A stretch of DNA of 47,013 nucleotides from Arthrobacter sp. (lineage in GTDB: Bacteria; Actinomycetota; Actinomycetes; Actinomycetales; Micrococcaceae), in contig DASSIA010000078.1 in NCBI GenBank assembly GCA_035692345.1, positions 1-47,013 of the forward strand, read 5' to 3'. Made by a program: the position numbers and the translations under genes. This document shows positions 26,354 to 36,181 of the stretch, in pieces. The first letter of the stretch is position 1, and each line of letters starts with the position of its first letter. The notes below the pieces were generated by a model. The model did no database searches. It was not told where the DNA came from and was given only the letters and a program-made list of their open reading frames with translations.

Positions 26354-27319
26354 ATGTCATCGGAAGTGACCCCCGGCAGCGGACGACGGCGGGTGGCTGG
26401 GATCATTGTGACGCTTGCCCTGCTCGCCCTCATGGTGGTGTTCACTTCCCGATCGGCCGTCCCGCCGTCGCCGTCGTCGCCGCCGTCGGCTGAGCCCTCC
26501 ACCGGGGTCACGACAAGCAGCCCCGGGCTGACGCCGTCTCCTTCACCCTCCCAGACGACGACAGCCCCTGTGCCACCGGCAACAGAAACGCCCGAAGCCG
26601 GCCAGACTCCTGTCGAGCCTCCGGTGACTGTCGCGCCCGTCCCCCCGCCGGAGGAACCCCCCGCACCCCCCGTTCCGTTCCCGCCGTCGCTCCGTGGCCT
26701 CGATCTCACCCTCATTCCCGGCGCCGGGAATGCGGTGGCACTGACCTTTGATGCCGGCGCAAACTCCGCCGGCCTGGCGAAAATCCTGTCGGCGCTCTCA
26801 GCCCAAGGCGTGGCTGCCACTTTCTTCCTCACCGGCACCTGGGCCGCCGACAACCCGGCAGGGGTCACGCAGATCGTGGACGCGGGGCACCGTGTGGCCA
26901 ACCACTCCATGACCCATCCCGGATTCACCGGGCTCTCCGACCAGCAGATAGCGCAGCAGGTTCTGGGAGCGCAGCAGGCGATCCTGACCGCAGGCGCAGA
27001 CCCCCGCCCCTTGTTCCGTTTCCCCTACGGGGAACGGGACGCACGGACCATCGCTGCCGTCAACGATCTTGGCTACGTCGCCATCCGCTGGACCGTGGAC
27101 ACCCTGGGCTGGAAAGGGACCAGCGGCGGGATCAGCACCCAAACAGTCATCGACCGCGTTCTTGGAAGCCTTCAACCGGGTGAGATCGTGCTGATGCATA
27201 TCGGCTCCAACCCCGATGACGGAACCACCCTGGACGCGGACGCCCTTCCCCGGGTGATCGCCGGAATCAAAGCCGCCGGCTACGGATTCGTCACCCTGGA
27301 CGACGTGCTGGGCCGCTAG
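26354..27319 (+). CDS. Membrane-anchored polysaccharide deacetylase (CE4)
   Basis: TM anchor, Pro/Ser/Thr linker, LTFDAG, NHSMTH, FRFPYG, WTVDTLGW, IVLMH; GAGGA RBS before ATG 26354. Confidence 0.9.
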   Translation: MSSEVTPGSGRRRVAGIIVTLALLALMVVFTSRSAVPPSPSSPPSAEPSTGVTTSSPGLTPSPSPSQTTTAPVPPATETPEAGQTPVEPPVTVAPVPPPEEPPAPPVPFPPSLRGLDLTLIPGAGNAVALTFDAGANSAGLAKILSALSAQGVAATFFLTGTWAADNPAGVTQIVDAGHRVANHSMTHPGFTGLSDQQIAQQVLGAQQAILTAGADPRPLFRFPYGERDARTIAAVNDLGYVAIRWTVDTLGWKGTSGGISTQTVIDRVLGSLQPGEIVLMHIGSNPDDGTTLDADALPRVIAGIKAAGYGFVTLDDVLGR

Positions 27320-27328
27320 TCCCGCCAC

Positions 27329-27351
27329 GCTGACCACGACGTCAGCCTTTT
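27329..27351 (+). terminator. Possible weak intrinsic terminator
   Basis: GCTGAC-cacgac-GTCAGC followed by CTTTT, just after the deacetylase stop. Confidence 0.3.
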
Positions 27352-27368
27352 GGATACCGGCTTCCGGC

Positions 27369-27384
27369 GGGACTTTCTACCCTT
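27369..27384 (+). promoter_or_regulatory. DosR/OsdR-like box upstream of acsA
   Basis: GGGACTTTCTACCCTT; ATG starts 34 nt after the last base of the box. Confidence 0.7.
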
Positions 27385-27417
27385 GTTGGCCCCGCCCGGC
27401 GGGTATCGGATGGGAGC

Positions 27418-29229
27418 ATGACCGCAGGAACCAGACGAACTGCGGGCCGGCACCGGATCGCCAAGGACATCCACAGCTTTCCCGTCCGGCCCAACCTGTC
27501 CGACTACGAAGCCGTGTGCGCGGCGTTCACGTGGGACGACGCGCGCCGGGCTCTTTCCGGGCTGCCCGGCGGGGGGCTCAACATCGCCCACGAGGCGGTG
27601 GACCGCCATGCGACAGGGCCGCGCGGCCACCATCAGGCCTTGCGGTTCATCCGCGCCGACGGCTCAGCCCACGCCATCACGTATGCCGAACTATCCGAGC
27701 GGAGCAACCGGTTCGCGGCCGTCCTGACACAGCTGGGCATCGGCCGCGGGGACCGGGTCTTCTCACTGACCGGCCGTAGCCCGGAACTCTACGTCGCGGT
27801 GCTGGGCACGCTGAAGAACGCCAGCGTCTTTTGCCCTTTGTTCTCCGCCTTCGGACCGGAACCGGTCAGGCAACGCCTCCGTCTGGGAGCCGGCCGCGCA
27901 CTGGTCACTACCCGCGCCCTATACCGACGCAAGGTCCGGCAGATCCGCGACGAGCTGCCGGAGCTGAAGTTCATCCTCCTGATCGACGCCGACGGCGAGC
28001 CTGACCCCGGGACCCTGGACCTGGCCGGACTCATGATGAGTGTCCCGGGTGACGGATCCGCCGCCGTGACCCACGGCGAGGACATGGCTCTACTGCATTT
28101 CACGAGCGGGACCACGGGCACCCCTAAGGGTGCCATCCACGTTCATGAGGCGGTGACCGCCCATTACGCGACAGGCCGGTTCGCGCTGGACCTGCACCCT
28201 GACGATGTCTACTGGTGCACCGCGGACCCCGGCTGGGTCACGGGGACGTCGTACGGGATCATTGCCCCGCTGGTCCACGGCGTCACCACGATCGTGGATG
28301 AGGAAGAGATGGACGCCGAACGCTGGTACCGGATCCTTGCTGAGCAGCGGGTCACGGTGTGGTACACGGCGCCGACGGCCCTCCGGATGCTGATGAAGGC
28401 AGGGGCGGAAGCTGCCGTCGGCCACGATCTTTCTGCGCTGCGGTTCGTAGCCAGCGTGGGTGAGCCCCTCAACCCCGAAGTGGTGGTGTGGGGCCAGGAC
28501 GCCTTTGGCCAGCCCGTGCACGATAACTGGTGGCAGACCGAAACCGGTGGCATCATGATCGCCAACTTCGTTGCCACCGAAATCCGGCCCGGCTCGATGG
28601 GACGGCCGCTGCCCGGTGTGGAAGCTTCCTTGGTGGCACGGGACCCGGACGGGAATCCTGTGCTTCGCGGCGGCGAACCTGTCCTGGTGACGGACCCGGA
28701 CACCATGGGCGAACTGGCGCTGCGCACCGGCTGGCCGTCAATGTTCAGGGGCTATCTCAACGCCCCGGACCGCTACCGCCGCTGCTTTGCCGGCGGCTGG
28801 TACCTCACAGGCGACCTGGCGACGAGGGACGCCGACGGATATTACTGGTTTGTTGGCCGTGGCGATGACGTCATCAAATCCTCCGGTCACCTGATTGGCC
28901 CCTTCGAGGTTGAGAGTTCGCTGATGGAGCACCCTGCAGTCGCCCAGGCAGGCGTTATTGGGGTCCCCGATCCGGTGGCCGGAGAGGTGGTCAAGGCGTT
29001 CGTTGAATTGCGCAACGGCTGGGAGCCCTCCGAAGAGCTCCGCCTGGACATCATCGGGTTTGCCCGCAAACAGCTGGGCGCCGCCGTGGCTCCCCGCATG
29101 GTGGATTTCATCACCTCCCTGCCAAAGACCCGCAGCGGCAAGATCCTCCGGCGGCTCCTGAAGGCGCGCGAGTTGGGCCTGCCCGAGGGAGACACGTCCA
29201 CGGTCGAGACCACGCCGGAGCCACAATGA
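27418..29229 (+). CDS. acsA: Acetate--CoA ligase-like AMP-dependent acyl synthetase
   Basis: [62 protein letters not shown]. Confidence 0.9.
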   Translation: MTAGTRRTAGRHRIAKDIHSFPVRPNLSDYEAVCAAFTWDDARRALSGLPGGGLNIAHEAVDRHATGPRGHHQALRFIRADGSAHAITYAELSERSNRFAAVLTQLGIGRGDRVFSLTGRSPELYVAVLGTLKNASVFCPLFSAFGPEPVRQRLRLGAGRALVTTRALYRRKVRQIRDELPELKFILLIDADGEPDPGTLDLAGLMMSVPGDGSAAVTHGEDMALLHFTSGTTGTPKGAIHVHEAVTAHYATGRFALDLHPDDVYWCTADPGWVTGTSYGIIAPLVHGVTTIVDEEEMDAERWYRILAEQRVTVWYTAPTALRMLMKAGAEAAVGHDLSALRFVASVGEPLNPEVVVWGQDAFGQPVHDNWWQTETGGIMIANFVATEIRPGSMGRPLPGVEASLVARDPDGNPVLRGGEPVLVTDPDTMGELALRTGWPSMFRGYLNAPDRYRRCFAGGWYLTGDLATRDADGYYWFVGRGDDVIKSSGHLIGPFEVESSLMEHPAVAQAGVIGVPDPVAGEVVKAFVELRNGWEPSEELRLDIIGFARKQLGAAVAPRMVDFITSLPKTRSGKILRRLLKARELGLPEGDTSTVETTPEPQ

Positions 29230-30224
29230 GCGGCCAGCCAGGGCCGATCAGCCCGGATCAGGCGGCGAAGGCCACGCACCTGCTGTTCCAGATGCTTCGC
29301 GTCCGGCGGCTGGAGGAGCGATGTGTCGAGCTTTACAGCGAAGCCAGGATCCGGGGGTTCCTGCACGTCTATATCGGCGAGGAAGCCGTCGCGGCGGGCG
29401 TCCTGGACACTCTGGAGCCGGAGGACGCGGTCGTTGCAACGTACCGCGAACACGGCCACGCGCTGCTGCGCGGAGTTCCGGCCGGCGCCATCCTCGCGGA
29501 GATGTATGGCTATGTGCAGGGCTGCTGCCGGGGACGGGGCGGCTCGATGCACCTTTTCGACGCCGGCACCCGGTTTTTCGGCGGAAATGCCATTGTTGCC
29601 GGCGGATTGCCCCTTGCCGTGGGCCTGGCCCTGGCGGATAAGATGGCGGGCCGCTCCCGGGTCACTGCCTGCTTCTTCGGAGAAGGGGCCGTAGCCGAGG
29701 GGGAATTCCATGAGAGCCTGAACCTGGCGGCACTGTGGCAACTGCCGGTGCTCTTCTGCTGCGAGAACAACCTGTACGCCATGGGCACTGCCTTGGGCCG
29801 CTCAGAGTCGCAGACCGATATCGCGCTGAAGGCCGCCGGCTACGAGGTGGCGGCCTGGGCAGTGGACGGGATGGACGTGCTCGCCGTGCACGAGGCCGCC
29901 CGCCGGGCCGTGGATGCGGTCCGGTCCGGCGGCGGACCGCACTTCCTGGAACTGCGCACATATCGCTTCCGCCCGCATTCCATGTTTGACCCCGAGCGCT
30001 ACCGGGAGAAGTCCGAGGTGGCCCGTTGGCAGGAACGGGACCCGATCAACCTGCTCCGCAATGCCCTCCAGGACGGCGGCCTGCTGACCACAGAGCAATG
30101 GTCAGACCTGGAACGCGCCGCCGACGCCGAGGTGGCCGAGGCCATCGAATACGCTGAGGCCGGCACCCCCGAACCCGTCGAAGAACTCACCCGGTTTGTC
30201 TACAGCGAGCGGGGCCCGGCGTGA
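29226..30224 (+). CDS. pdhA: 2-oxoacid (pyruvate/acetoin-type) dehydrogenase E1 alpha
   Basis: [29 protein letters not shown] motif GEGA...[11 protein letters not shown]. Confidence 0.9.
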   Translation: MSGQPGPISPDQAAKATHLLFQMLRVRRLEERCVELYSEARIRGFLHVYIGEEAVAAGVLDTLEPEDAVVATYREHGHALLRGVPAGAILAEMYGYVQGCCRGRGGSMHLFDAGTRFFGGNAIVAGGLPLAVGLALADKMAGRSRVTACFFGEGAVAEGEFHESLNLAALWQLPVLFCCENNLYAMGTALGRSESQTDIALKAAGYEVAAWAVDGMDVLAVHEAARRAVDAVRSGGGPHFLELRTYRFRPHSMFDPERYREKSEVARWQERDPINLLRNALQDGGLLTTEQWSDLERAADAEVAEAIEYAEAGTPEPVEELTRFVYSERGPA

Positions 30225-31201
30225 AGACCACCTACCGGGAAGCCGTCCGGGCCTCGATCAGGGATGCGATGATCCGTGACGAACGGGTATTCCTCATGGG
30301 CGAGGACGTGGGCGCCTACGGGGGCTGCTACGCCGTCAGCCTTGGACTGTTCGAGGAATTCGGGCCGGAACGCATCCGCGACACCCCGCTCTCCGAATCA
30401 GGCTTTGTGGGCGCCGGAATCGGCGCCGCGCTTGGCGGCATGCGGCCCATTGTCGAAATCATGACCGTTAACTTCAGCCTGCTGGCCCTGGACCAGATCG
30501 TCAACAACGCCGCCACACTCCTGCACATGTCCGGCGGCCAATTCAATGTACCCCTGGTGATCCGGATGACAACCGGGGCGGGACGTCAGCTGGGCGCCCA
30601 GCATTCCCACAGTCTGGAGGGCTGGTACGCCCACATTCCCGGCCTGCGCATTCTTGCCCCGGCGACGCTGGCGGACGCACGCGGCATGCTCTGGACGGCA
30701 TTGCAGGACCCGGACCCGGTGCTCATCTTCGAACACGGCACGCTCTACAACATGGCGGGCGAGCTCGCTGACGACGCCGGGCCCGTGGACATTGACTCGG
30801 GCGCCGTCCGGCGGCAGGGAACGGACGTCTCCCTGATCACCTATGGCGGCACCCTCCCGGCAACACTCGACGCCGCCGCTCAGCTGGCAGGCGACGGCAT
30901 CAACGCCGAGGTGCTGGATCTGCGTACCCTGCGCCCGCTCGATGATGCAGCGATCCTGGCCACGATGGAACGGACCCACCGGGCCGTTGTGGTGGATGAA
31001 GGGTGGCGAAGCGGCGGCATCTCGGCAGAAATCAGCGCCCGCATCACGGAAGCCGCTTTCTACGATCTGGACGCCCCGGTTGCGCGCGTCTGCAGTGCCG
31101 AAGTTCCGATGCCCTATGCAAAGCATCTGGAGCTCGCTGCGCTTCCGACCGCCGAGCGGATCGTCAAAGCCGCACGGGAGGTGACAGGGGCAGGTGGGTG
31201 A
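30221..31201 (+). CDS. pdhB: 2-oxoacid dehydrogenase E1 beta
   Basis: [41 protein letters not shown]. Confidence 0.92.
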   Translation: MKTTYREAVRASIRDAMIRDERVFLMGEDVGAYGGCYAVSLGLFEEFGPERIRDTPLSESGFVGAGIGAALGGMRPIVEIMTVNFSLLALDQIVNNAATLLHMSGGQFNVPLVIRMTTGAGRQLGAQHSHSLEGWYAHIPGLRILAPATLADARGMLWTALQDPDPVLIFEHGTLYNMAGELADDAGPVDIDSGAVRRQGTDVSLITYGGTLPATLDAAAQLAGDGINAEVLDLRTLRPLDDAAILATMERTHRAVVVDEGWRSGGISAEISARITEAAFYDLDAPVARVCSAEVPMPYAKHLELAALPTAERIVKAAREVTGAGG

Positions 31202-32633
31202 TTTCCGGATGCCGTCGCTGGGGGCAGACATGGACCACGGCAAGATGGTGGAGTGGCTGGTGAAGCCGGGCGACTACGTTCACCGCGGGGATGTTGTGGC
31301 CGTCGTCGACACTGATAAGACAGTCATGGACGTGGAGACCTTTGAAGAGGGTGTTGTTGCCGAGCTGCTCGTGGACATCGGCACCACCGTTCCTATCGGT
31401 ACACCCTTGGCCCGGATCACTGCGACCCCCGGCGAGGCGCCCGGAGCCACCGGAAGCCCCCCGCCCGCCCGACCACCGGAGTCGGCCGCTGAGCCGCCCC
31501 GCGAAGGTCCTGCAGGCGATGAACCCGCCGCGCCCCTCTCGCCGCCGGTGCGGCATCTGGCCCACCGCCTTGGAGTTGATCCCGGCTCCGTCCACGGCAC
31601 CGGAAAGCACGGCGCCGTGACCCGCGCGGACGTGGAACATGCCGCAGCCACCGGCGCAGACACAGGCGCAGCCACCGGCGGAGAGGCGGCCGGCACGGTC
31701 CGGACGCCCGCGGCAGGACCAGTGGGTCTGCCGGCCGCGGCCAGGGTGCGATCATCGCCCCGCGCACGGCGGCTGGCAGCCGAACACGGTGTGGATTTGG
31801 GGAAGGTGACGGGAACGGGGCCCGGCGGCGCGGTCACCGAGACAGACGTGCGCCAGGCCGCGGGTGGCGCCGCGCCCGCCGCGCCGCCAGCAGCGCCGGG
31901 AGCACTGCCGCAGGAGTTGTCCGCGGAGGCCGTGCTGTCCGAACCCCGGTCCGCGGATTCCCTCCAGCGTGAGGCGAAACTGCGCAAGGCCGTGGGGGCG
32001 TTGATGTCCCGCTCCAAGAAGTCCATCCCGCACTATTACCTCAGCACAACCCTGGACATGAGCGCGGCGGTGGCCTGGCTGCAGGCGGTGAATCTGCATC
32101 GTCCCGTGGCCTCCCGGCTGGTGGCCTCCGCCCTGTTGCTGAAGGCAACCGCAGTCGCCGCCAAATCAGTGCCCGACGTCAACGGTTTTTATGTCGACGG
32201 CGGGTTCCGGGCCAGCGAGTCGGTTCATCTCGGGATAGCGGTGTCGCTCCGCCGGGGCGGCATAGTCGCGCCCGCCATTCATAACGCGGACATGCTCAGC
32301 CTGGACGCACTGATGGAACGGCTGCGGGATCTGGTGAGCCGCGCGCGGGCAGGAAGGTTGCAGCGGGCGGAGATGGCGGATCCCACCATCACTGTCACGA
32401 ATCTGGGCGACTTGGGCGTGGAAAGCGTTTTTGGCGTGATCTATCCCCCGCAGGTCGCCATGGTCGGGTTGGGACGGCTGATGGAACAGCCGTGGGCGCA
32501 TGATGGAATGCTCGGTGCCCGCCACGTGGTAATTGCCACCCTCTCCGCGGACCACAGGGTCAGCGATGGACTGCGCGGTGCACGTTTCCTGACCCGGCTG
32601 GACGAGCTTCTGCAAAAACCGGAGGAACTATGA
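31194..32633 (+). CDS. pdhC: Dihydrolipoamide acyltransferase E2 (one lipoyl domain, two PSBD)
   Basis: MPSLG...VDTDKT (lipoyl Lys); two GTGxxGAVT PSBD repeats; IPHYY, TNLG, DHRVSDG catalytic motif. Confidence 0.9.
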   Translation: MGDFRMPSLGADMDHGKMVEWLVKPGDYVHRGDVVAVVDTDKTVMDVETFEEGVVAELLVDIGTTVPIGTPLARITATPGEAPGATGSPPPARPPESAAEPPREGPAGDEPAAPLSPPVRHLAHRLGVDPGSVHGTGKHGAVTRADVEHAAATGADTGAATGGEAAGTVRTPAAGPVGLPAAARVRSSPRARRLAAEHGVDLGKVTGTGPGGAVTETDVRQAAGGAAPAAPPAAPGALPQELSAEAVLSEPRSADSLQREAKLRKAVGALMSRSKKSIPHYYLSTTLDMSAAVAWLQAVNLHRPVASRLVASALLLKATAVAAKSVPDVNGFYVDGGFRASESVHLGIAVSLRRGGIVAPAIHNADMLSLDALMERLRDLVSRARAGRLQRAEMADPTITVTNLGDLGVESVFGVIYPPQVAMVGLGRLMEQPWAHDGMLGARHVVIATLSADHRVSDGLRGARFLTRLDELLQKPEEL

Positions 32634-32872
32634 ACGAAGAGAAGGCCCGGGCCGCAGTACATCAGGCCATTGGACAGGTCGCGCCGGACCTCCAGCCGGA
32701 GGACCTCAGCGGGGATGCCAGGCTGCGGCAGGACCTGGAGCTGGACTCGCTGGACTTCCTGCGGCTCGTGGAAGTGATCGACAACGCCACCGGTGTGGAT
32801 ATTCCGGAACGGGACTATCCCGAGGTGGCTACCGTTCAGGGCCTGATTGCCTACGTCGCCGCCCACTGCTGA
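32630..32872 (+). CDS. Acyl carrier protein
   Basis: 80 aa, acidic, LRQDLELDSLD phosphopantetheine motif, GVDIPE, ATV; ATGA overlap with E2 and a GGAGG RBS. Confidence 0.92.
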   Translation: MNEEKARAAVHQAIGQVAPDLQPEDLSGDARLRQDLELDSLDFLRLVEVIDNATGVDIPERDYPEVATVQGLIAYVAAHC

Positions 32873-33057
32873 CCTGCCAAGGGCCTGGCTGCGGGCTCCT
32901 CGGACGGTGGAACGGCCTCAACACTCAGCACGCCATGACATTCGCAGGGTGAAGTGGCCCTCGGCGCTGTTTCTGGCGATCACGCGCGGGCACCTGTTTT
33001 CCAGTAAATACTCGAAAGAACGCAGAAAACAGGGACAGCCCAAAGCCAGGATCTCCA

Positions 33058-33073
33058 GAGACGTTCGGCCCTA
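33058..33073 (+). promoter_or_regulatory. DosR/OsdR-like box
   Basis: GAGACGTTCGGCCCTA; GAAGCT at +22; ATG at +34. Confidence 0.72.
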
Positions 33074-33106
33074 GCGGCGGCCCCGCAGGCGGCGGAAGCT
33101 TGAACT

Positions 33107-33577
33107 ATGAATGCCACCAATCCAGCACCAAGAATCGTCCACACTGCTGCGCAGTCCACCGCCGTTGTCAGGGAAACGATCCCGATGGCCGCCATGTCGG
33201 AGTTTTTCGGCCGGGCATTTGGCACCGTGATGGCTGCCGCCGGGTCCCAGGGCATCCCCGTAGCCGGTCCTCCTTTTGCCCTCTACCGGGGGATGCCTAC
33301 CGAGACCGTCGACGTCGAGGCCGGTTTCCCCGTCGCGGCCGGATTCAGGGAAACCGAAGCAGTGGCTAGCGGCACCCTGCCTGAAGCCGACGCCTTTGAA
33401 GCGATCCATGTGGGATCGTATGACACCCTTGGGCAAACGTACGGTGTCATCCAGGAGCGGATGCGGGCCGAGGGCCGCACCCCCTCGGACACCATGTGGG
33501 AGTTCTACCTTAGCGATCCTGCCACCGAACCCGACCCGACCAAGTGGCAGACCCGGGTGGTCTGGCCCTATTCCTGA
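33107..33577 (+). CDS. GyrI-like small-molecule-binding domain protein
   Basis: GPPFALY, VEAGFPV, HVGSYDTL, WEFYLSDP, TRVVWP. Confidence 0.87.
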   Translation: MNATNPAPRIVHTAAQSTAVVRETIPMAAMSEFFGRAFGTVMAAAGSQGIPVAGPPFALYRGMPTETVDVEAGFPVAAGFRETEAVASGTLPEADAFEAIHVGSYDTLGQTYGVIQERMRAEGRTPSDTMWEFYLSDPATEPDPTKWQTRVVWPYS

Positions 33578-34041
33578 TGAACGCTGCGGCGGGAAAGCCG
33601 GACCGGGTCATCCTGGCGATAGTGTCCGCAATAGCCCTGTTGGTGGTTGTGTCGCTCGCCGTCGTGCTCACCCGCGGGCAGCCGGAAGTCCTGGACGAAT
33701 CGACACCGCAGGGAGTCGTGCAGCGCTACAGCAGCGCTGTGATCGACGGTGATCGGGCCACCGCCACTTCCTACCTCACAGAGGCGGCGACGACCTCATG
33801 CCGCAGCTACCCGGACAGCGGACCGCCGCCCAGCAGGGTTGTCCTGATATCCGCCACTGAGAGCGGTACGTCCGCCGTCGTCAAGGTATCCGTGATCGCC
33901 GCAGCTTCGGACGGCTTGTTCGGACCCTCCGAGTACGAGACCGAGGCCCGGTTCTCACTCGTGAAAACCAACGGCAAGTGGCTGGTCGACCAGGCCCCGT
34001 ACCAGCTCCTGACATGCACCGGATCCGCGGTGAAACAATGA
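33577..34041 (+). CDS. Membrane-anchored hypothetical protein (NTF2-like extracytoplasmic domain suspected)
   Basis: N-terminal TM; TPQGVVQRY...A...YL helix and LVKTNGKWLV terminal strand; two Cys; TGATG coupling to the upstream gene. Confidence 0.75.
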   Translation: MNAAAGKPDRVILAIVSAIALLVVVSLAVVLTRGQPEVLDESTPQGVVQRYSSAVIDGDRATATSYLTEAATTSCRSYPDSGPPPSRVVLISATESGTSAVVKVSVIAAASDGLFGPSEYETEARFSLVKTNGKWLVDQAPYQLLTCTGSAVKQ

Positions 34042-35738
34042 TCTCCCAAGCCCCCGCGACAGGTCCCGGGGCGCGGTCCATCCAACTCACCCTCCGCCGC
34101 ATGATCCTCTACGCACTGTTGTTTGCCCTGGTGATCATCACCGCTGTGGGACTCAGCGGACTTTTGGAGCGCCTGTTCAGTACCGGTGCCCTGCTGGCCT
34201 CAGGCGACGTGGCCGGGCTTGCGCGTTCCTTGGCCTTCACCCTGATCGGCGGGCCGCTCACCGCAGTGCTGTGGTGGATGGTCTGGAGGCGGCTTGACGA
34301 CGCTCCGGAACGGACCGCACCGGCATGGGCGGTGTATCTCAGCGCCGTTTACGCTGTATCACTGATCACGGCGGTGACGGCCCTGCTGACCACGGCGTCA
34401 TCCTTCATCGGCCGGCCGGAACCACAGTGGTACGGGCCGTTGTCCGCGGGACTGGTGTGGGCGGGAATCTGGATCTGGCATCACTGGGTCTGGCGGCACC
34501 CAGTCAAGCATCCACCCGGACTGGAGGACGTCCCCGCGATCACGGGCTGGGTCTTCGGACTGGCGGTGGCCGTGGTGTCCGCCATTTCGGCCCTTGGCGG
34601 CCTGCTCGACGTCGCCGTCCGGGGGAACGCCAGCCTGATCGCGGGAGCACCCTGGTGGCAGCCCATCGTCCGGGCCCTGGTCTGGGCCGTTGGCGGAGCC
34701 GGCGTCTGGTGGTGGCACTGGTTCCGGCGCGGCGGACGGTCGGTGGAGACAACTCTTGGGGACGTGGCCTTGGTTGGAGCAGGTATCTTCGCCGCCGGCG
34801 CAACGGCGCTCACCGGCGCGGGAGTGGTGGTTTTTGTTCTGCTGCGGACGGCATTGGACCGGGGTGGGGCAATGAGTGAACTGCTGGCTCCCCTGGGAAC
34901 CGCCCTGGCCTCTGCAGCTGTGGGCGCCCTGGTATGGCGGTACCACCGCGTCATCGGGACGCGCCGCTCGTTGGCCACGCGACGCGCAGGCCGGCTCGTG
35001 ACGTCCGGGGTTGCCCTGGCGGCCGCCGCATCCGGGATTGGCGTTGTTATCAATGCAACCCTTGCCACGGCCGTATCTCCCCTGGCCGGTGGAGGCGTGC
35101 GCACGCTGCTGTTAGGGGGCGTCAGCTCCCTCCTCGTCGGAGGATGCACCTGGTGGTTTGCCTGGAACCCGCTGCAGCAACCCGGCAGTGCGGACGCGAT
35201 CCCCCCGGGCCGGCGGATCTACCTGGTGGTGTTTTTCGGCATCAGTGCAGTGGTGGCGCTCATTGCCCTCCTGGTGATCGGATACCGGCTCTTCGAGTTC
35301 CTTCTGGGCGGGAGTTCCGGGGCCGGGCTACTGGACCGGGTCCGGGCACCGCTTGGTCTCCTGACAGCTGCAGGCCTCGTAGCTGCCTATCATTTCGCCC
35401 TGTGGCGCCGGGAACGTGCCCGCCCGCCTGGGGCGTCGGCAGGCGCACATGCCATAGACCGGGTCACCTTGGTGGCCCCCTACGACACCGCAGCATTGTC
35501 CAAGGCGGTGAGGGACGCTACAGGCGCCAAAGTCGCGGTCTGGAGAAGGGCAGAATCAGGGCACCAAGCGCTGCCGGCCGGCGCTGCCGTCCCTGTCGAA
35601 CAGGCGCTGGTTGACCGGGTGCTCACTGCACTTGCAGATGTGACCGCCCGGAACGTGTTGGTGGTGATCGGTCCGGGGACCGGTCAGCCGGCACCCTTCG
35701 AGGTGATCCCCGTGGACATGGACGGGCGTAGCCGCTGA
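34038..35738 (+). CDS. Polytopic membrane protein (DUF5671-like repeats)
   Basis: About 12 TM; repeated (RR)xYL...VSL / WxWHW units; ATGA coupling. Confidence 0.75.
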   Translation: MISQAPATGPGARSIQLTLRRMILYALLFALVIITAVGLSGLLERLFSTGALLASGDVAGLARSLAFTLIGGPLTAVLWWMVWRRLDDAPERTAPAWAVYLSAVYAVSLITAVTALLTTASSFIGRPEPQWYGPLSAGLVWAGIWIWHHWVWRHPVKHPPGLEDVPAITGWVFGLAVAVVSAISALGGLLDVAVRGNASLIAGAPWWQPIVRALVWAVGGAGVWWWHWFRRGGRSVETTLGDVALVGAGIFAAGATALTGAGVVVFVLLRTALDRGGAMSELLAPLGTALASAAVGALVWRYHRVIGTRRSLATRRAGRLVTSGVALAAAASGIGVVINATLATAVSPLAGGGVRTLLLGGVSSLLVGGCTWWFAWNPLQQPGSADAIPPGRRIYLVVFFGISAVVALIALLVIGYRLFEFLLGGSSGAGLLDRVRAPLGLLTAAGLVAAYHFALWRRERARPPGASAGAHAIDRVTLVAPYDTAALSKAVRDATGAKVAVWRRAESGHQALPAGAAVPVEQALVDRVLTALADVTARNVLVVIGPGTGQPAPFEVIPVDMDGRSR

Positions 35739-35782
35739 TCGCGCCGAAGCACGGCGTTGTACAACTGAAAAAGGTGATGATG

Positions 35783-36181
35783 ATGGGTGGGGTAGTACAT
35801 TTCGAAATTCCGGCCGATGACGAGGACCGCGCGAGGGCTTTCTACCAGTCGGCGTTTGGCTGGACGTTCCAGGTGTTGCCGGACATGGAATACAGCCTGG
35901 CCATGACCACTCCGCCTCAAGCCGACGGCGTGACGGCCCGGCCGGGATCCATCAATGGTGGCATCTTCCGGCGCGGTAACGTCCTTTCGGCGCCTGTGCT
36001 GACCATCGACGTCGAGGACATCGACGCGGCACTCGCCCGGATCGGGCGGCTGGGCGGGCAGACGGTTCGGGAAAGGATGGAGGTTCCCGGTACCGGCTGG
36101 AATGCCTACTTCCGGGACACCGAGGGAAACGTGGTGGGACTCTGGCAGAGCGCAGAACCGGTAGCCCGGCCTGAGGCATGA
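35783..36181 (+). CDS. VOC (glyoxalase/bleomycin resistance) family protein
   Basis: VVHFEIPADD, FYQSAFGW, INGG, FRDTEGNVVGLW; start could be any of 35774-35783. Confidence 0.9.
   Translation: MGGVVHFEIPADDEDRARAFYQSAFGWTFQVLPDMEYSLAMTTPPQADGVTARPGSINGGIFRRGNVLSAPVLTIDVEDIDAALARIGRLGGQTVRERMEVPGTGWNAYFRDTEGNVVGLWQSAEPVARPEA

Noticed and set aside
26455-26690. CCG/TCG-rich repetitive tract
   Set aside because: It encodes the Pro/Ser/Thr linker of the deacetylase and is not an independent repeat element.
27418-32872. Reading the ligase + ACP as a PKS/NRPS biosynthetic cluster
   Set aside because: No ketosynthase, condensation, thioesterase or tailoring genes in the window; the ligase looks like an acetyl-CoA synthetase.
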